Shown here one piece after another: positions 8,108-17,849 of a stretch of DNA of 64,000 bases. A model generated the notes under the pieces. That model saw nothing but the letters and a program-made list of their open reading frames with translations, searched no databases and was not told the DNA's origin. The translations under genes were made by a program, and so were the position numbers. Every line of letters starts with the position of its first letter. The stretch's first letter is position 1. Source of the stretch: Myxococcota bacterium. Its GTDB lineage: Bacteria > Myxococcota_A > UBA9160 > UBA4427. The stretch is taken from assembly GCA_041389495.1 (NCBI GenBank), contig JAWKRT010000001.1, positions 1,682,471 through 1,746,470 of the forward strand, given 5' to 3'.

Positions 8108-9439
8108 GTGATCGTCGAGTGTCGAAGCTGCCAGACGCGATTCCAGCTGGACGAGTCGCGGATCCCGCTCTCCGGGATCCGCGTGCGATGCTCGAAGTGC
8201 AAGGAGGCGTTCTTCCTCGAGCATCCGTCGGCGTCCGAGCAGGAGGCGCTCGAGGACGTCGCGACGCGCGCCGCGGCCGGCGGGCGCCCTCCCGATTCCA
8301 CCCAGGATCTCGTCGACGCGAGGCCCGCCGCGAGCGGTCTCGACGACGACGAGGAGGACTGGGAGTTCAATCACGACCTTCCGCCCGAGCCCGCGCGCGC
8401 CGCGGGCAGCGCGGCCGGCGCGGCCGGAGCCGCGCCGGTGGCGACGCCCGCCGTCGAAGACGACGCGAGCTTTGGGAGCATCGACGACCTCGGCGACCTC
8501 GGCGGCGACGACGACCTCGGCGATCTCTCCGACGACGACTTCGGCGCGCTCGCCGCCGCGGCTTCGCAGACCGCATCCGCCCCCGCCGCAGTCGCACCGC
8601 CCGCACCGGCGCGTGGCACCGCGGCCGAGCGCATCGACAGCGCGATCGACGCCTTCGCGGCGTCGGGCGCGAGCGAGGCGTCGCGCGGGCTCGACGGGCT
8701 CGACGCGCTCGAAGGCGGCGATGCCGCGCCGGACCTCGGCGAGCCCGAGGACTGGGACCTGCTCGGCGACGACCTGTCCGCGCCCGAGGCGCCCGTGGCG
8801 TTCTCCGCCGCTCCCACCGCGAGCGCGCCGCCCGCGCACATGCGCCCGGCCGTCGCCGCGCCGCGCGGGCCGGTCGGCGTCGACGCGTTCGACGTCGCGC
8901 CGCTGGCCGTGCCGGGCTGGCTGCAGCGCGCGGGCGCGGCGCTCGGCGCGTGCGTCGCGATCGCGCTCTTCGGAGCCGCGCTCGCGCGCGGGCTCGCGCC
9001 GGCGGCGGCGTCGGGCGATGCGGCGGGCGCGTTCGAGGTCGGGCCGCTGCGCGCGCGCTCGCTCGGCTCCGTGTTCATTCCGGTGCGCGGCGGCCGCACG
9101 CTGCTCGCCGTGACCGGCGAGCTCCACAACCCGACCTCGGCGCCCGTGCGGCCCGAGTCGCCGGTGTGGGTCGAGCTGCTCGATGCCGACGGCGTGGCGC
9201 TCGATCTGCCCGCCGCGCGCGCCGGCAGCGTGCTCGACCCGGAGATGCTGCGCGACCTCGGCCCCGACGAGCGCGCCCAGCTCCAGCAGGGCGCGTTCGC
9301 CGCATTCGCCGCGGGCGCCGTGCCCGCGGGCCGGCACGTCGCGTTCGCCGCGTACTTCGAGGATGCGCCGCCGGGCGCGCGCCGCGTCGCCGTCGGCGCG
9401 CGCGATCGCGCGGCTACGAGTCCTTCCGACCTTCCGTGA
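8108..9439 (+). CDS. MJ0042-type zinc-ribbon protein with an acidic linker and a DUF3426-like C-terminal domain
   Basis: ORF track, 443 aa, GTG start. The N-terminus [31 protein letters not shown] has two CxxC pairs. It continues with a long Asp/Ala-rich linker, one hydrophobic segment, then a globular tail. Confidence 0.8.
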   Translation: MIVECRSCQTRFQLDESRIPLSGIRVRCSKCKEAFFLEHPSASEQEALEDVATRAAAGGRPPDSTQDLVDARPAASGLDDDEEDWEFNHDLPPEPARAAGSAAGAAGAAPVATPAVEDDASFGSIDDLGDLGGDDDLGDLSDDDFGALAAAASQTASAPAAVAPPAPARGTAAERIDSAIDAFAASGASEASRGLDGLDALEGGDAAPDLGEPEDWDLLGDDLSAPEAPVAFSAAPTASAPPAHMRPAVAAPRGPVGVDAFDVAPLAVPGWLQRAGAALGACVAIALFGAALARGLAPAAASGDAAGAFEVGPLRARSLGSVFIPVRGGRTLLAVTGELHNPTSAPVRPESPVWVELLDADGVALDLPAARAGSVLDPEMLRDLGPDERAQLQQGAFAAFAAGAVPAGRHVAFAAYFEDAPPGARRVAVGARDRAATSPSDLP

Positions 9440-9632
9440 CGCGCTCGGAGCGACGTTCGTCGCCGTCGCCGGGCGTCACGTCGATCTCCTTCTTCTCGTC
9501 CTTGATGCCCGACTTGAAGTTGCGGATGGCCTCGCCGATGCCGCTCCCGATCTCGGGGAGGCGGCGCGCGCCGAACAGCAGCACGCAGATCGCCAGGATC
9601 ACGACCAGCTCCATCGGACCGAGGCCGAACAT
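9414..9632 (-). CDS. tatA: twin-arginine translocase subunit TatA/E
   Basis: ORF track, 72 aa. [40 protein letters not shown] is the canonical TatA TM segment plus amphipathic helix. Confidence 0.95.
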   Translation of the reverse strand: MFGLGPMELVVILAICVLLFGARRLPEIGSGIGEAIRNFKSGIKDEKKEIDVTPGDGDERRSERVTEGRKDS

Positions 9633-9799
9633 GGCGACTCCCCTCGTGCGTGGATGGGCCCGAACGCTCGACGCGGTGCGCGCAGGCGCGGACGCGTCGA
9701 CGGAGGGCGACGGGGCGGAAGGGCGCAGAGAGTGACGCCGGCCCGGAGTGCGGTCAAGCGCGCGGGCAGGGCCGCCGCGCGGCTAGGATCCCGCCCGCC

Positions 9800-11143
9800 A
9801 TGATCTTCAAGGCCTACGACATCCGCGGAATCGTTCCCGACCAGCTCGATCCGAAGCTCGCCTATGCGATCGGCCGCGCCACGGCGCGTCACTTCGAGGC
9901 CGACACGCTCGCCGTCGGGCGCGATGCGCGCCCGCACTCGCCCGACCTCTGCGAGGCGCTGATCGAGGGCATCCGCGACGAGGGCACGCACGTCGTCGAC
10001 CTCGGACTCGTGTCGACACCGATGCTCTACTTCGCGGTCGACCACCTCGAGACCGACGGCGGCGTGATGGTCACCGCGTCGCACAACCCGAGCCAGTACA
10101 ACGGCTTCAAGCTGTGCCGCGAGCACGCCATTCCGGTCGGCGAGGCGAGCGGGCTGCGCGAGATCGAGAAGCTCGTGCCCGCGCGCGCGAGCGCGCAGGC
10201 GGTCACACCGCGCGGCGAGCTGCGCGTCGAGGCCGTGCTCGACGAGTACGTCGAGCACGTGCTGTCGGTGGGGAAGGGGCGCCCGTCGCTCACCGTCGCG
10301 ATCGACTGCGGCAACGGCATGGCCGGACGCGCGCTCGGGCCGCTGCTCGATCGGCTCGGCCTGCGCACGGAGCTCCTCTACGTCGAGCCCGACGGCACCT
10401 TCCCGAACCACGAGGCCGACCCGCTCAAGCTCGAGAACCTCGAGGACCTGATCGCCGCAGTGACGCGCGTCGGCGCCGACTTCGGCGTCGCGTTCGACGG
10501 CGACGGCGATCGCGCCGTCTTCGTCGACGACGCGGGCGAGCCCGTCTCGTCCGACCTCGTGACCGCGCTGCTCGCGCGCTACCAGCTGCAGCGCGTGCCG
10601 GGTGGCCGCGTGCTCTACGACCTGCGCTCGAGCAAGGCGGTCCGCGAGGAGATCGTCGCGGCGGGCGGCACGGCCGAGATGTGCCGCGTCGGCCACTCGT
10701 TCGTGAAGGCGCAGATGCGCGAGACGGGCGCCGTCTTCGCGGGCGAGCTCTCCGGACACTTCTACTTCCGCTTCTCGCCGACGCTCGTCGCGGACGACGG
10801 CACGGCCGCGTTCGTCGCGATGCTCGACGTGCTCGCCGACCGCAAGGAGCCGCTGTCGAAGATCGTCGCGCCGCTGCGGCGCTACTCGGCGAGTGGCGAG
10901 ATCAACCGGCGCGTGCGCGACACGGACGCCGTGATCGGCGCGGTCGCGGCCGAGCACACCGGTGCGGACGAGGTCTCGCGGCTCGACGGCCTGCTCGTCC
11001 GCTACGCGGACTGGTGGTTCAACCTGCGGCCGTCGAACACCGAGCCCGTGCTGCGCCTGAACCTCGAGGCCGACACGCGCGAGAAGATGGAGCTCGAGCG
11101 CGACCGCATGCTCGCGCGCATCGAGGAGCTCGGCGCGGCCTAG
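9800..11143 (+). CDS. phosphomannomutase/phosphoglucomutase
   Basis: ORF track 9650..11143, trimmed to ATG 9800 (MIFKAYDIRGIV). It has the active-site loop TASHNPSQYNGFK, the metal loop FDGDGDR and GELSGH. Confidence 0.93.
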   Translation: MIFKAYDIRGIVPDQLDPKLAYAIGRATARHFEADTLAVGRDARPHSPDLCEALIEGIRDEGTHVVDLGLVSTPMLYFAVDHLETDGGVMVTASHNPSQYNGFKLCREHAIPVGEASGLREIEKLVPARASAQAVTPRGELRVEAVLDEYVEHVLSVGKGRPSLTVAIDCGNGMAGRALGPLLDRLGLRTELLYVEPDGTFPNHEADPLKLENLEDLIAAVTRVGADFGVAFDGDGDRAVFVDDAGEPVSSDLVTALLARYQLQRVPGGRVLYDLRSSKAVREEIVAAGGTAEMCRVGHSFVKAQMRETGAVFAGELSGHFYFRFSPTLVADDGTAAFVAMLDVLADRKEPLSKIVAPLRRYSASGEINRRVRDTDAVIGAVAAEHTGADEVSRLDGLLVRYADWWFNLRPSNTEPVLRLNLEADTREKMELERDRMLARIEELGAA

Positions 11144-11170
11144 CGTCCGCGCCGGGCTCCGCGCCCGCCG

Positions 11171-12190
11171 TCAGGCGCCGCCCGCGCCGCCGACGCGCGC
11201 GAGCTCCGCCTCGACGATCTCGACGAAGTCCTCGAGCGGGCGCGCGCCCGAGAGCAGGATGCCGTTCACGAAGAACGCGGGCGTTCCGGACGCGCCCGCC
11301 GCGACGCCGGCCTCGGCGTCGCGGGTCACGACCGCGGCCGCCTCGGGGCTCGCCGTGCAGGCGTCGAAGGCCGCGCCGTCGAGGCCGAGCTCGCCCGCGA
11401 AGCGGTCGAACGCCTCGGCGCCGAGCTCGCGCTGGTTGGCGAAGAGCTTCTCGTGGAACTCCCAGAACTTCCCCTGCTCGCCGGCGCACGTCGCCGCGAT
11501 CGCCGCGGCGCGCGCCTCGGGGTGGATCGAGTCGAGCGGGAAGTGGCGGTAGACGAGGCGGACCTGCGTCGGATAGCGCTCGAGCAGCTGGTCGACGGTG
11601 GGCTCGGCGCGGCTGCAGAACGGGCACTGGTAGTCGCTGAACTCGACGATCGTGACGGGCGCGTCGGCGGGGCCGCGCGCCTGTCCGATGGCCTCGACCT
11701 CGATGCGCGGCGGCTCGAGCTTCATCGTGACGTTGGCCGCGGCGATCAGCGCCTCGACGGCCTCGGCGCGCTTTCCCTGCTCGAGGTAGGCGCGGATGCG
11801 CGGCCCGACGTTCTCGAGCGTCTCGCCCGGGCGCATGCGCTCCTTGTTCTCCTCGAAGAACGCCGCGACCTCCGCGTCGTCGACCGCGCCGAGCGATGCG
11901 ACCTCGCTCTCGAGCAGCTCTTCCTTCGTGACGCCGCGCTTCTTCGCCTCGGTCTCGACGACGAGGTCGCGCACCCACTCGTCGAGCGCCTCGGAGCGCG
12001 CGTCGAAGAGCTGTGCGGCGATGCGCTCGTCGAGCTCGGCGAGCGTCACCTCGCGCTCGTTCACGACCGCGACGACCGGGCTCGCCGCCTCGGCGCACGA
12101 GGCCGTATCGCCGGTCGACGAGCACGCGGGAGCGTGCGCCAGGAGGAGCGCCGCGAGCGCGGCGTGCGAGACGAGGCGGAATGCGGACAT
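11171..12190 (-). CDS. DsbA-family thiol:disulfide oxidoreductase lipoprotein
   Basis: This is the C-terminal 339 aa of ORF 11171..12934, starting at MSAFRLVSHAALAALLLAHAPACSS (lipobox). It has the thioredoxin motif YQCPFC and a chaperone-like N-terminal domain. Confidence 0.88.
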   Translation of the reverse strand: MSAFRLVSHAALAALLLAHAPACSSTGDTASCAEAASPVVAVVNEREVTLAELDERIAAQLFDARSEALDEWVRDLVVETEAKKRGVTKEELLESEVASLGAVDDAEVAAFFEENKERMRPGETLENVGPRIRAYLEQGKRAEAVEALIAAANVTMKLEPPRIEVEAIGQARGPADAPVTIVEFSDYQCPFCSRAEPTVDQLLERYPTQVRLVYRHFPLDSIHPEARAAAIAATCAGEQGKFWEFHEKLFANQRELGAEAFDRFAGELGLDGAAFDACTASPEAAAVVTRDAEAGVAAGASGTPAFFVNGILLSGARPLEDFVEIVEAELARVGGAGGA

Positions 12191-12395
12191 GCAGGCTCCC
12201 TGGGGCGATCGCGGCGCGCGGGCCGCGCGCGATCGCGGCGTGGTGGCGGACGTCGGGCTTCCTTCGAGGGCTCGCGGGAGGCCGCGGAGTGCGGCGACGC
12301 GTGCGAGCGGCTGCGAGACGCTTCCCGTCGGCGCGCCTTCGCATGTGCGCTGCGGCCGGCGGGAGGCGGACGATCGGCGGCTAGTATTGCGCACC

Positions 12396-13253
12396 ATGGG
12401 CGGCGCGGGCGCGGCCGATCGCGAATCGACGGGCGCGATCGCGCGCTTCCGGGCCGGAGCGGCGCTCGTGCCCCGCGCACTCCGCCTGCTGCGCGCGCGC
12501 TCGGAGCTGTGGGCGCCGGCCGCCGTTCCCGCGCTCGTGACCGCGGTGCTCGTAGCGTTCGCGATCGCAGTCGTCGCCGCGAACGCGGGCGGCTGGTCGG
12601 CGGCCGTCGCGCGCGCGCTCCCGAGCCCGGTCGCGGAGTCGGCCTGGCAGTGGCTGTGGGTCGGCCCCGTCGTCGCCGGCCTCTGGCTGGCTCGGCAGCT
12701 GCTCGTCGCGGTGCTCGCCGCGGCGGCGCTCGTCGCCGCGATGCTCGCCGCCGCGCTGCTCACGTCGCCGGTCCTCGACGTGCTCTCGCAGCGCGTCGAG
12801 CGGGCGCTCACGGGCGCCGCCGCGGGCGACGACGAGGCCTTCGACGCCGGCCGGCTCGCGCGCGACGCGCTCCGCTCGCTCGGCCACGAGGCGCGCAGGC
12901 TCGCGTTCTTCGCGGCGGTCTGGCTCGCGATCACCGCGGGCGGGTTCGTCGTGCCGTTCGGCCCCGCGCTCGCGCCGATCGCGCTCGCGGCGTTCGCGGT
13001 CGCCTACCTCCCGCTCGAGTACGCGGGCTTCGCGCTCGACCGCCGGCGCGTCGCCTTCGGCGCGCGCCGCGCGTGGCTGCGCGCCGAGCGCGCACGCACG
13101 CTCGGCTTCGGTGCCGCGGCGTTCGCGATCGGCGCCGTACCCGGGCTCAACTTCGCGCTGCTGCCGGTGCTCGTCGCCGCGGGGACGCTGCTCGTCGTCG
13201 AGCGGCCTCCGCTCGCCGCGCCACCGTCGCCGCGCGCCGTCGCTCGCGACTAA
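12396..13253 (+). CDS. EI24/CysZ-like (DUF540) integral membrane protein
   Basis: Part of ORF 11796..13253, starting at ATG 12396 (MGGAGAADRE). It has four or more hydrophobic segments, and the conserved YLPLEYAGFALDRR region is reminiscent of the CysZ/EI24 family. The family assignment is tentative. Confidence 0.65.
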   Translation: MGGAGAADRESTGAIARFRAGAALVPRALRLLRARSELWAPAAVPALVTAVLVAFAIAVVAANAGGWSAAVARALPSPVAESAWQWLWVGPVVAGLWLARQLLVAVLAAAALVAAMLAAALLTSPVLDVLSQRVERALTGAAAGDDEAFDAGRLARDALRSLGHEARRLAFFAAVWLAITAGGFVVPFGPALAPIALAAFAVAYLPLEYAGFALDRRRVAFGARRAWLRAERARTLGFGAAAFAIGAVPGLNFALLPVLVAAGTLLVVERPPLAAPPSPRAVARD

Positions 13254-14074
13254 CGAGCTTCCGCGCCGTCGAGGCCGACGTGCGCGCGGACGAACTGCCA
13301 GATGCGCTTCAGCGCGGCGCCGGGCAGGTCGGCGTGGCCGCTCGCGAACCAGGCGACGTCCGCCGGCCCGCGCGCGGCGGCGTGGAGTCGCAGCGCGGCT
13401 TCGCGCGGGATCGTCTCGTCGCGCTCCGCGTTCACGAACAGGAGCGGGCGCGGGGCGATCCGCTCGACCCACGCGGAGAGCGCGAGTGCCGCGCCGTCGG
13501 GCGGCGTGCCCGCGACCGCGATCGCCGCCGCGCGCGGGCGCGGGTCGGCGCCGCAGAGCGCGCAGCCGAGCAGGCCGCCGAGGCTGAACCCCACGTACGC
13601 GACGCGTGTCGCGTCGACCTGCGGAAGCTGCGCGAGCGCGTCGAGCAGGCGGCGCAGGTCGAGCACTGCCTGGCGGGCGAGCTCGGTCCACAGGATCTGC
13701 TCGACGCCGTCGAGCGGCTCGCCCCGGAGCGCGCGCGGGGCGCTCGCGGCGAGGCGCTCGCCCATCTTCGCGTTCGCGCGCGCGCCGTGGAGCGGGAGGT
13801 CGAGCGTGGCGACGGCGGCTCCCTCGCTCACCCAGCGCCGGGCCATCTGCATGTACGCCGCGTCGCGCGAGCCGCCGAGCCCGTGGACGAGGAGCACGAC
13901 CGGCGGAGGCGCGTCGCCCGTCGGTGGGAGCGCGACGCGGGCGGGGACGCGGTCGCCGCGCGACGAGAGCTCGAGCTCGAGGCGCGGGCCTTCGCCGTCG
14001 CCGGCGGGCAGGGTGGCGACGCGCAGCGCGAGCGGCTCGTCGGGGTCGGGGCGGAGCGTGGCGTCGTCGAGCAT
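13250..14074 (-). CDS. alpha/beta hydrolase (dienelactone-hydrolase-like)
   Basis: ORF track, 274 aa. It has the VLLVHGLGG oxyanion region, the nucleophile elbow GFSLGG, and a C-terminal D...H (ERDETIP, SGHAD). Confidence 0.85.
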   Translation of the reverse strand: MLDDATLRPDPDEPLALRVATLPAGDGEGPRLELELSSRGDRVPARVALPPTGDAPPPVVLLVHGLGGSRDAAYMQMARRWVSEGAAVATLDLPLHGARANAKMGERLAASAPRALRGEPLDGVEQILWTELARQAVLDLRRLLDALAQLPQVDATRVAYVGFSLGGLLGCALCGADPRPRAAAIAVAGTPPDGAALALSAWVERIAPRPLLFVNAERDETIPREAALRLHAAARGPADVAWFASGHADLPGAALKRIWQFVRAHVGLDGAEAR

Positions 14075-14185
14075 GGGCGGCGGAGTCTAGGGCCCGCGGC
14101 GCCGATCGCCGCCCGCGCGCGCGGCGCCGTCGCGAGGCGAGGGCCCGCGCGCGGCGGTCGCCGGCGCTTCGCCGGCCGCGCGGGC

Positions 14186-14764
14186 TCAGGGCGCGAGCAG
14201 GAGCTTGCGCGTGCGGTAGAGATGCGACTTCACCGAGTCCTCGCTCTTGCCGAGCGCGAGCGCGATCTCCGCGATCGATCGCTCCTCGAGGTGGTGGAGC
14301 CGGAAGACTTCGCGCTGCTCGTCGGACAGCTTCTCGGCGAGCGCGCTCGCGAGCGCGTCGGCGCGCTCGCGGCAGTCGTACATCTCGTCGGGCGACGGCA
14401 GCGACGAGGGGGCGGCCGGGTGCGGCGCCGACGAGGCGATGTCCTCGTCCTCGATCGACACGACCGGGTGCTGCCGGCGCTTGTAGCGGCTCGCGATGGT
14501 CCGCCGCGTCAGCCCGAAGACCCAGGCCACGAAGGGCGCGTCGCCGCGGTAGCTCTGGATCGACGAGAAGACGTTGATGAAGACCTCCTGGACGGTCTCC
14601 TCGGCGTCGGCGCGGTTGTCGACCCGCCGGCCGACGAAGAGCGCGATGCGCTTGAAATAGCGCTCGTAGAGGGCCTCGAAGGCCGCCTCGTCCCCGCGGC
14701 GCATGCGCTCGACGAGCAGCTCGTCGTCGAGGGCGCCGATGTCGCGGATCTGCGGGGCTGCCAT
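14186..14764 (-). CDS. ECF-type RNA polymerase sigma-70 family factor
   Basis: ORF track 14186..14812; I prefer ATG 14764 (MAAPQIRD). Region 2 is FEALYERYFKRIALFVGRRV..AEETVQEVFINVF. Region 4 is LSDEQREVFRLHHLEERSIAEIALALGKSEDSVKSHLYRTRKLL. Confidence 0.9.
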   Translation of the reverse strand: MAAPQIRDIGALDDELLVERMRRGDEAAFEALYERYFKRIALFVGRRVDNRADAEETVQEVFINVFSSIQSYRGDAPFVAWVFGLTRRTIASRYKRRQHPVVSIEDEDIASSAPHPAAPSSLPSPDEMYDCRERADALASALAEKLSDEQREVFRLHHLEERSIAEIALALGKSEDSVKSHLYRTRKLLLAP

Positions 14765-14987
14765 GGGGGGCAGGACTCCTTCCCAGAGCCGGATCGCCTG
14801 CGGTCGCGTCACTGCCGACCGAGCCGACCCTTCGCGCGGCCCCGGCGGAGGCCGAGCGAGTGCTCGAAGGGATGAGTGGCGGCGAGGGGTGCCGAGGTGT
14901 CAAGAAAAGTCACCGGGTGCCGAAAATCGTCGCTTGCCCTCGGCTCGATCCCCGGGATCCTGCCCCGCGGGATGCGGGCGCGCAAGC

Positions 14988-15635
14988 TCAGCTCGACGCG
15001 GGAAGCGGCGAGGAGGCCGCACCGAGGTCGGCCTCGGTGAGCCGCGTGCGGAATCGCGAGGCCTCGGCCGGGGAGGCCGGCCCCGCGGCCGCAGCCGGCG
15101 GCGGCCGCGGCCCCTCCGCGCGCGCGCGGTCCGAGCGCGCCGCCGCGGTCGCGGGCGCTTGCGGGGCGAGCGCGTGCGGCTTCACCCCGTCGGCGGGGTG
15201 CGGTGCGGTCGGAGCGTCCGCGGCCTCCCCACCCGAAGACGCGTCGTCGGCCGCCGCGGGGCCGGGCCGCGCCGGCAGGCAGCGCACGCGCGCGTCTCCG
15301 AGCCACAGGGCCGCCGCGAGCGTGTCGGGCTCGAAGGCGCGCGCGACGAGCACGGCGCGCACGGGGCGCGCGGCGTCGAGGCCGCTCGCGCGGGCGAGCT
15401 GCTCCCAGTCCGGGAGGCGCGGCTCGAGCCACGCGATCGCCGCGAGCGCGCGCGTCAGCACGGCGCCGTCGTCGGGCGCGTCGCAGAAGAACACGACGTG
15501 GACGCCGCCGCCGGGGTCGAGCGCGACGGCATCGATGCGGTGGACGGCGCCGAGCACGTCCCACGCGAGCGGTGTGAGCTCCGGCGCGACGGCGGCCAGC
15601 TCCGCGCGCAGCGCCTCTCGATCGAAGTCACGCAT
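14988..15635 (-). CDS. hypothetical protein: small globular N-domain plus a Pro/Ala-rich disordered tail
   Basis: The C-terminal 215 aa of ORF 14988..15935, starting at ATG 15635 (MRDFDREALRAELAAV). The start overlaps the stop of the upstream MinD-like gene by 8 nt. HRIDAVALDPGGGVHVVFFCD is vaguely NucS/PD-(D/E)XK-like. The tail ends SRFRTRLTEADLG. Confidence 0.6.
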   Translation of the reverse strand: MRDFDREALRAELAAVAPELTPLAWDVLGAVHRIDAVALDPGGGVHVVFFCDAPDDGAVLTRALAAIAWLEPRLPDWEQLARASGLDAARPVRAVLVARAFEPDTLAAALWLGDARVRCLPARPGPAAADDASSGGEAADAPTAPHPADGVKPHALAPQAPATAAARSDRARAEGPRPPPAAAAGPASPAEASRFRTRLTEADLGAASSPLPASS

Positions 15636-16395
15636 CGGCCGCGCCTCCGATGTCCTCGACGAGCAGCGCGGCCACGTCGGCGAGCGTGCGCGCCGCGGGC
15701 GACTGCGGGTGCGCGAGGCCGACGGGCCGCTGCGAGAGGATCGCCCGGTAGAGGTGGAGGTCGTCGGCGACGAGCCCGTAGCTCGCGATCGGCCGCGGGA
15801 TCGCCGCGTCGGTCGCGCTCGCGAGCGCGTCGAAGGCCGTGCGCGCTTCCGCGATGCTGCGCACGCCGTGGATCGTGGCGCCGATGCGCGCGGCGGGCGC
15901 GGCGCGCGCGATGTCGAGCACCGCGGCGGCGGCACGCCGGCGCCCGTCGTCGTCGGCTGCGCACAGGACGAGCCACGTCCCCGGCGCGTCCGGCCCCGCG
16001 GCGACCTCGCGCAGCGCGAGCTCGGGAACGCAGGCGAGCACGCAGCGCGCGCGCCCGCCCGAGCGCTCGGCCGCCTGCGCGAGGGCAGTGCGCGCGATCT
16101 CGGCCGCGGGAGCGCGGTCGAGCAGCGCGACGCGACAGCCGAGCGGGCCCGGGCCGTCGCCCGGCCACACCGCCTCGCTCGACTCGTCGCGGGCCGCGAC
16201 GAGCGACGCCTCCGCGCCGGCGCGCGCGAGCTCGACGCACAGGTTCCAGGCGAAGGCGGCGCGCAGCACGTCGCCGTCGCCGACCGGGATCGCCACGACG
16301 GCGCGCCGCTCGCGCGCGTCCGCGCTGCGCGGGGGAGGGTGCGCCGACGCCTCCTCGCGGCGCGCGGCCGCCTCGGGGATGAAGTAGTGGATCAC
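15628..16395 (-). CDS. MinD/ParA-family protein with a degenerate P-loop (probable pseudo-ATPase)
   Basis: The C-terminal 255 aa of the 1053-aa ORF 15628..18789. The start is GTG 16395 (VIHYFIPE), or GTG 16416. Where MinD/ParA has GKGGVGKT, this protein reads VVAIPVGDGDVLRAAFAWNLCVELARAG. The C-terminal YGLVADDLHLYRAILSQRPVGLAHPQSPAA matches the MinD/FlhG layout. Confidence 0.7.
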   Translation of the reverse strand: MIHYFIPEAAARREEASAHPPPRSADARERRAVVAIPVGDGDVLRAAFAWNLCVELARAGAEASLVAARDESSEAVWPGDGPGPLGCRVALLDRAPAAEIARTALAQAAERSGGRARCVLACVPELALREVAAGPDAPGTWLVLCAADDDGRRRAAAAVLDIARAAPAARIGATIHGVRSIAEARTAFDALASATDAAIPRPIASYGLVADDLHLYRAILSQRPVGLAHPQSPAARTLADVAALLVEDIGGAADA

Positions 16396-16556
16396 GTCGC
16401 CCAGATCGCGCGGCACCAAGGCTCCCCGTCGCGCGCGCACTCGCCGGCGCGCGCGCTCCACCGTACGGGCTCGCGCGGTGATTTGCGAGGGGACACCCCC
16501 TCTGTTCGTGGATCTCGAGAAGCCGCGGAGCGGCCGCCGCGCGGCGGCGCGGCCTC

Positions 16557-17651
16557 CTAGGCGATCACGAGCACCGAGTTGCGGCGGCCGGATGCGCTCG
16601 GCACGGACTCGGGGTTGCTCGGATCCTCGCGCCACTCGCCGTCGACGACGTAGCGGTACTGGTACGTCCCGGGCGGCAGCTGGAGGATCTTCGTCCACAC
16701 GCGCGTCTGGCCGGTCGACTCGATCACCGAGCGGACGCCCTTGTCCGGGATCCAGCCGTTGAAGTCGCCCGCGATGCGCACGTCGCCCGCGCTCGGGTCG
16801 CGGAAGCGCACGACGACCTCGCGCATGTCGGCGGTGGTGCGCGACGCGGCGGTGGGCGCCGCGATCGCGGGCTGCTGGGCCTCGGGCGGCGTCGCCTCGA
16901 CCTCGAGCGCGAGCGCCGCGTAGTCGACCGCGCCGTTCGAGCTCGGCGCGAAGCGGTTGATCGGCTTTCCGTGCTGCGCGGCCTCGCGCAGCTTCACGTT
17001 GATGCGGATCACGCTGTCGAAGCACAGGTCCTTGAACAGCTCGCGGATCTCGCCGAGCGTCTGGCGCGCGTACTTCGTGCGGCCGTCGTAGAGCGTCGGC
17101 AGGATGCGGACGGTGAGCTCGTGGCCGATGCGGTCCGCGAGCAGGCCGATCGTCTCGAGCAGCTTCTGCACGCCGTCGATCGCGAAGTAGCTCGTCTCGA
17201 GCGGGACGATCACCTCGCGCGCCGCGCGCAGCGCGTTGAACGTGAGCATGCCGACCGCCGGCGGGCAGTCGATCAGCACGTAGTCGTAGGGCGTCGGCAG
17301 GCGCTCGAGCGCGTTCGCCAGCCGCTCGGTCGGCGCGTCGCCCGTCTGCGCAGCGAGCTTCTGCTCGATCGCCGAGAGCACGATGCCCGAGGGCGCGAGG
17401 TCGAGCCGCTCGCCCGCGTTCACGACGATCTGCGCGAGCTGGTCGGCGCCGTCGGGATCGACGAGCACCTCGTACACGTTCTCGGAGAGCTCGTCCGGGT
17501 CGACCCCGAGCGCGATCGTCGTGTGGGCCTGCGGGTCGAGGTCGACGGCGAGCACGCGGGCGCCGTCGGCGGCGAGGCTCGCGGCAAGGTTGACGGTGGT
17601 CGTCGTCTTGCCGCAGCCGCCCTTCTGGTTCACGACTGCGATGACGCGCAT
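16557..17651 (-). CDS. ParA/Soj-type deviant Walker-A ATPase fused to a C-terminal AMPK-beta/CBM48-like glycogen-binding module
   Basis: ORF track 16557..17723, trimmed to ATG 17651. The N-terminus is MRVIAVVNQKGGCGKTTTTVNLAASLA, followed by DLDPQ and LIDCPP. The last ~85 aa are VVVRFRDPSAGDVRIAGDFNGWIPDKG...LPPGTYQYRYVVDGEWREDPSNP...NSVLVI. Confidence 0.88.
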   Translation of the reverse strand: MRVIAVVNQKGGCGKTTTTVNLAASLAADGARVLAVDLDPQAHTTIALGVDPDELSENVYEVLVDPDGADQLAQIVVNAGERLDLAPSGIVLSAIEQKLAAQTGDAPTERLANALERLPTPYDYVLIDCPPAVGMLTFNALRAAREVIVPLETSYFAIDGVQKLLETIGLLADRIGHELTVRILPTLYDGRTKYARQTLGEIRELFKDLCFDSVIRINVKLREAAQHGKPINRFAPSSNGAVDYAALALEVEATPPEAQQPAIAAPTAASRTTADMREVVVRFRDPSAGDVRIAGDFNGWIPDKGVRSVIESTGQTRVWTKILQLPPGTYQYRYVVDGEWREDPSNPESVPSASGRRNSVLVIA

Positions 17652-17849
17652 GGCATCCTCTCTTCCGGGGTGCGCGACGGGACGGCTTCCTCCCCGTCGC
17701 GTTCCCCCGACGCCGCCCCCCATGGCGACGTCGCTCGCGGCTGCGAGCCGACTCCCTGCAGTCCTCCCCGGAGCTCCGCGCGGACGCCGCCCGGACTCCG
17801 TGCGCCTCCCGCTGCCCGGCCCCGCAGCCGGCAGGCGCCGTGCGCGAGG

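Noticed and set aside
9414-9439. A 26-nt convergent overlap between the 3' ends of the zinc-ribbon/DUF3426 gene and tatA. Similar convergent overlaps occur at 39352-39366 and 51504-51507.
   Set aside because: Short convergent 3' overlaps are common in compact high-GC genomes. I saw no structure or motif suggesting antisense regulation.
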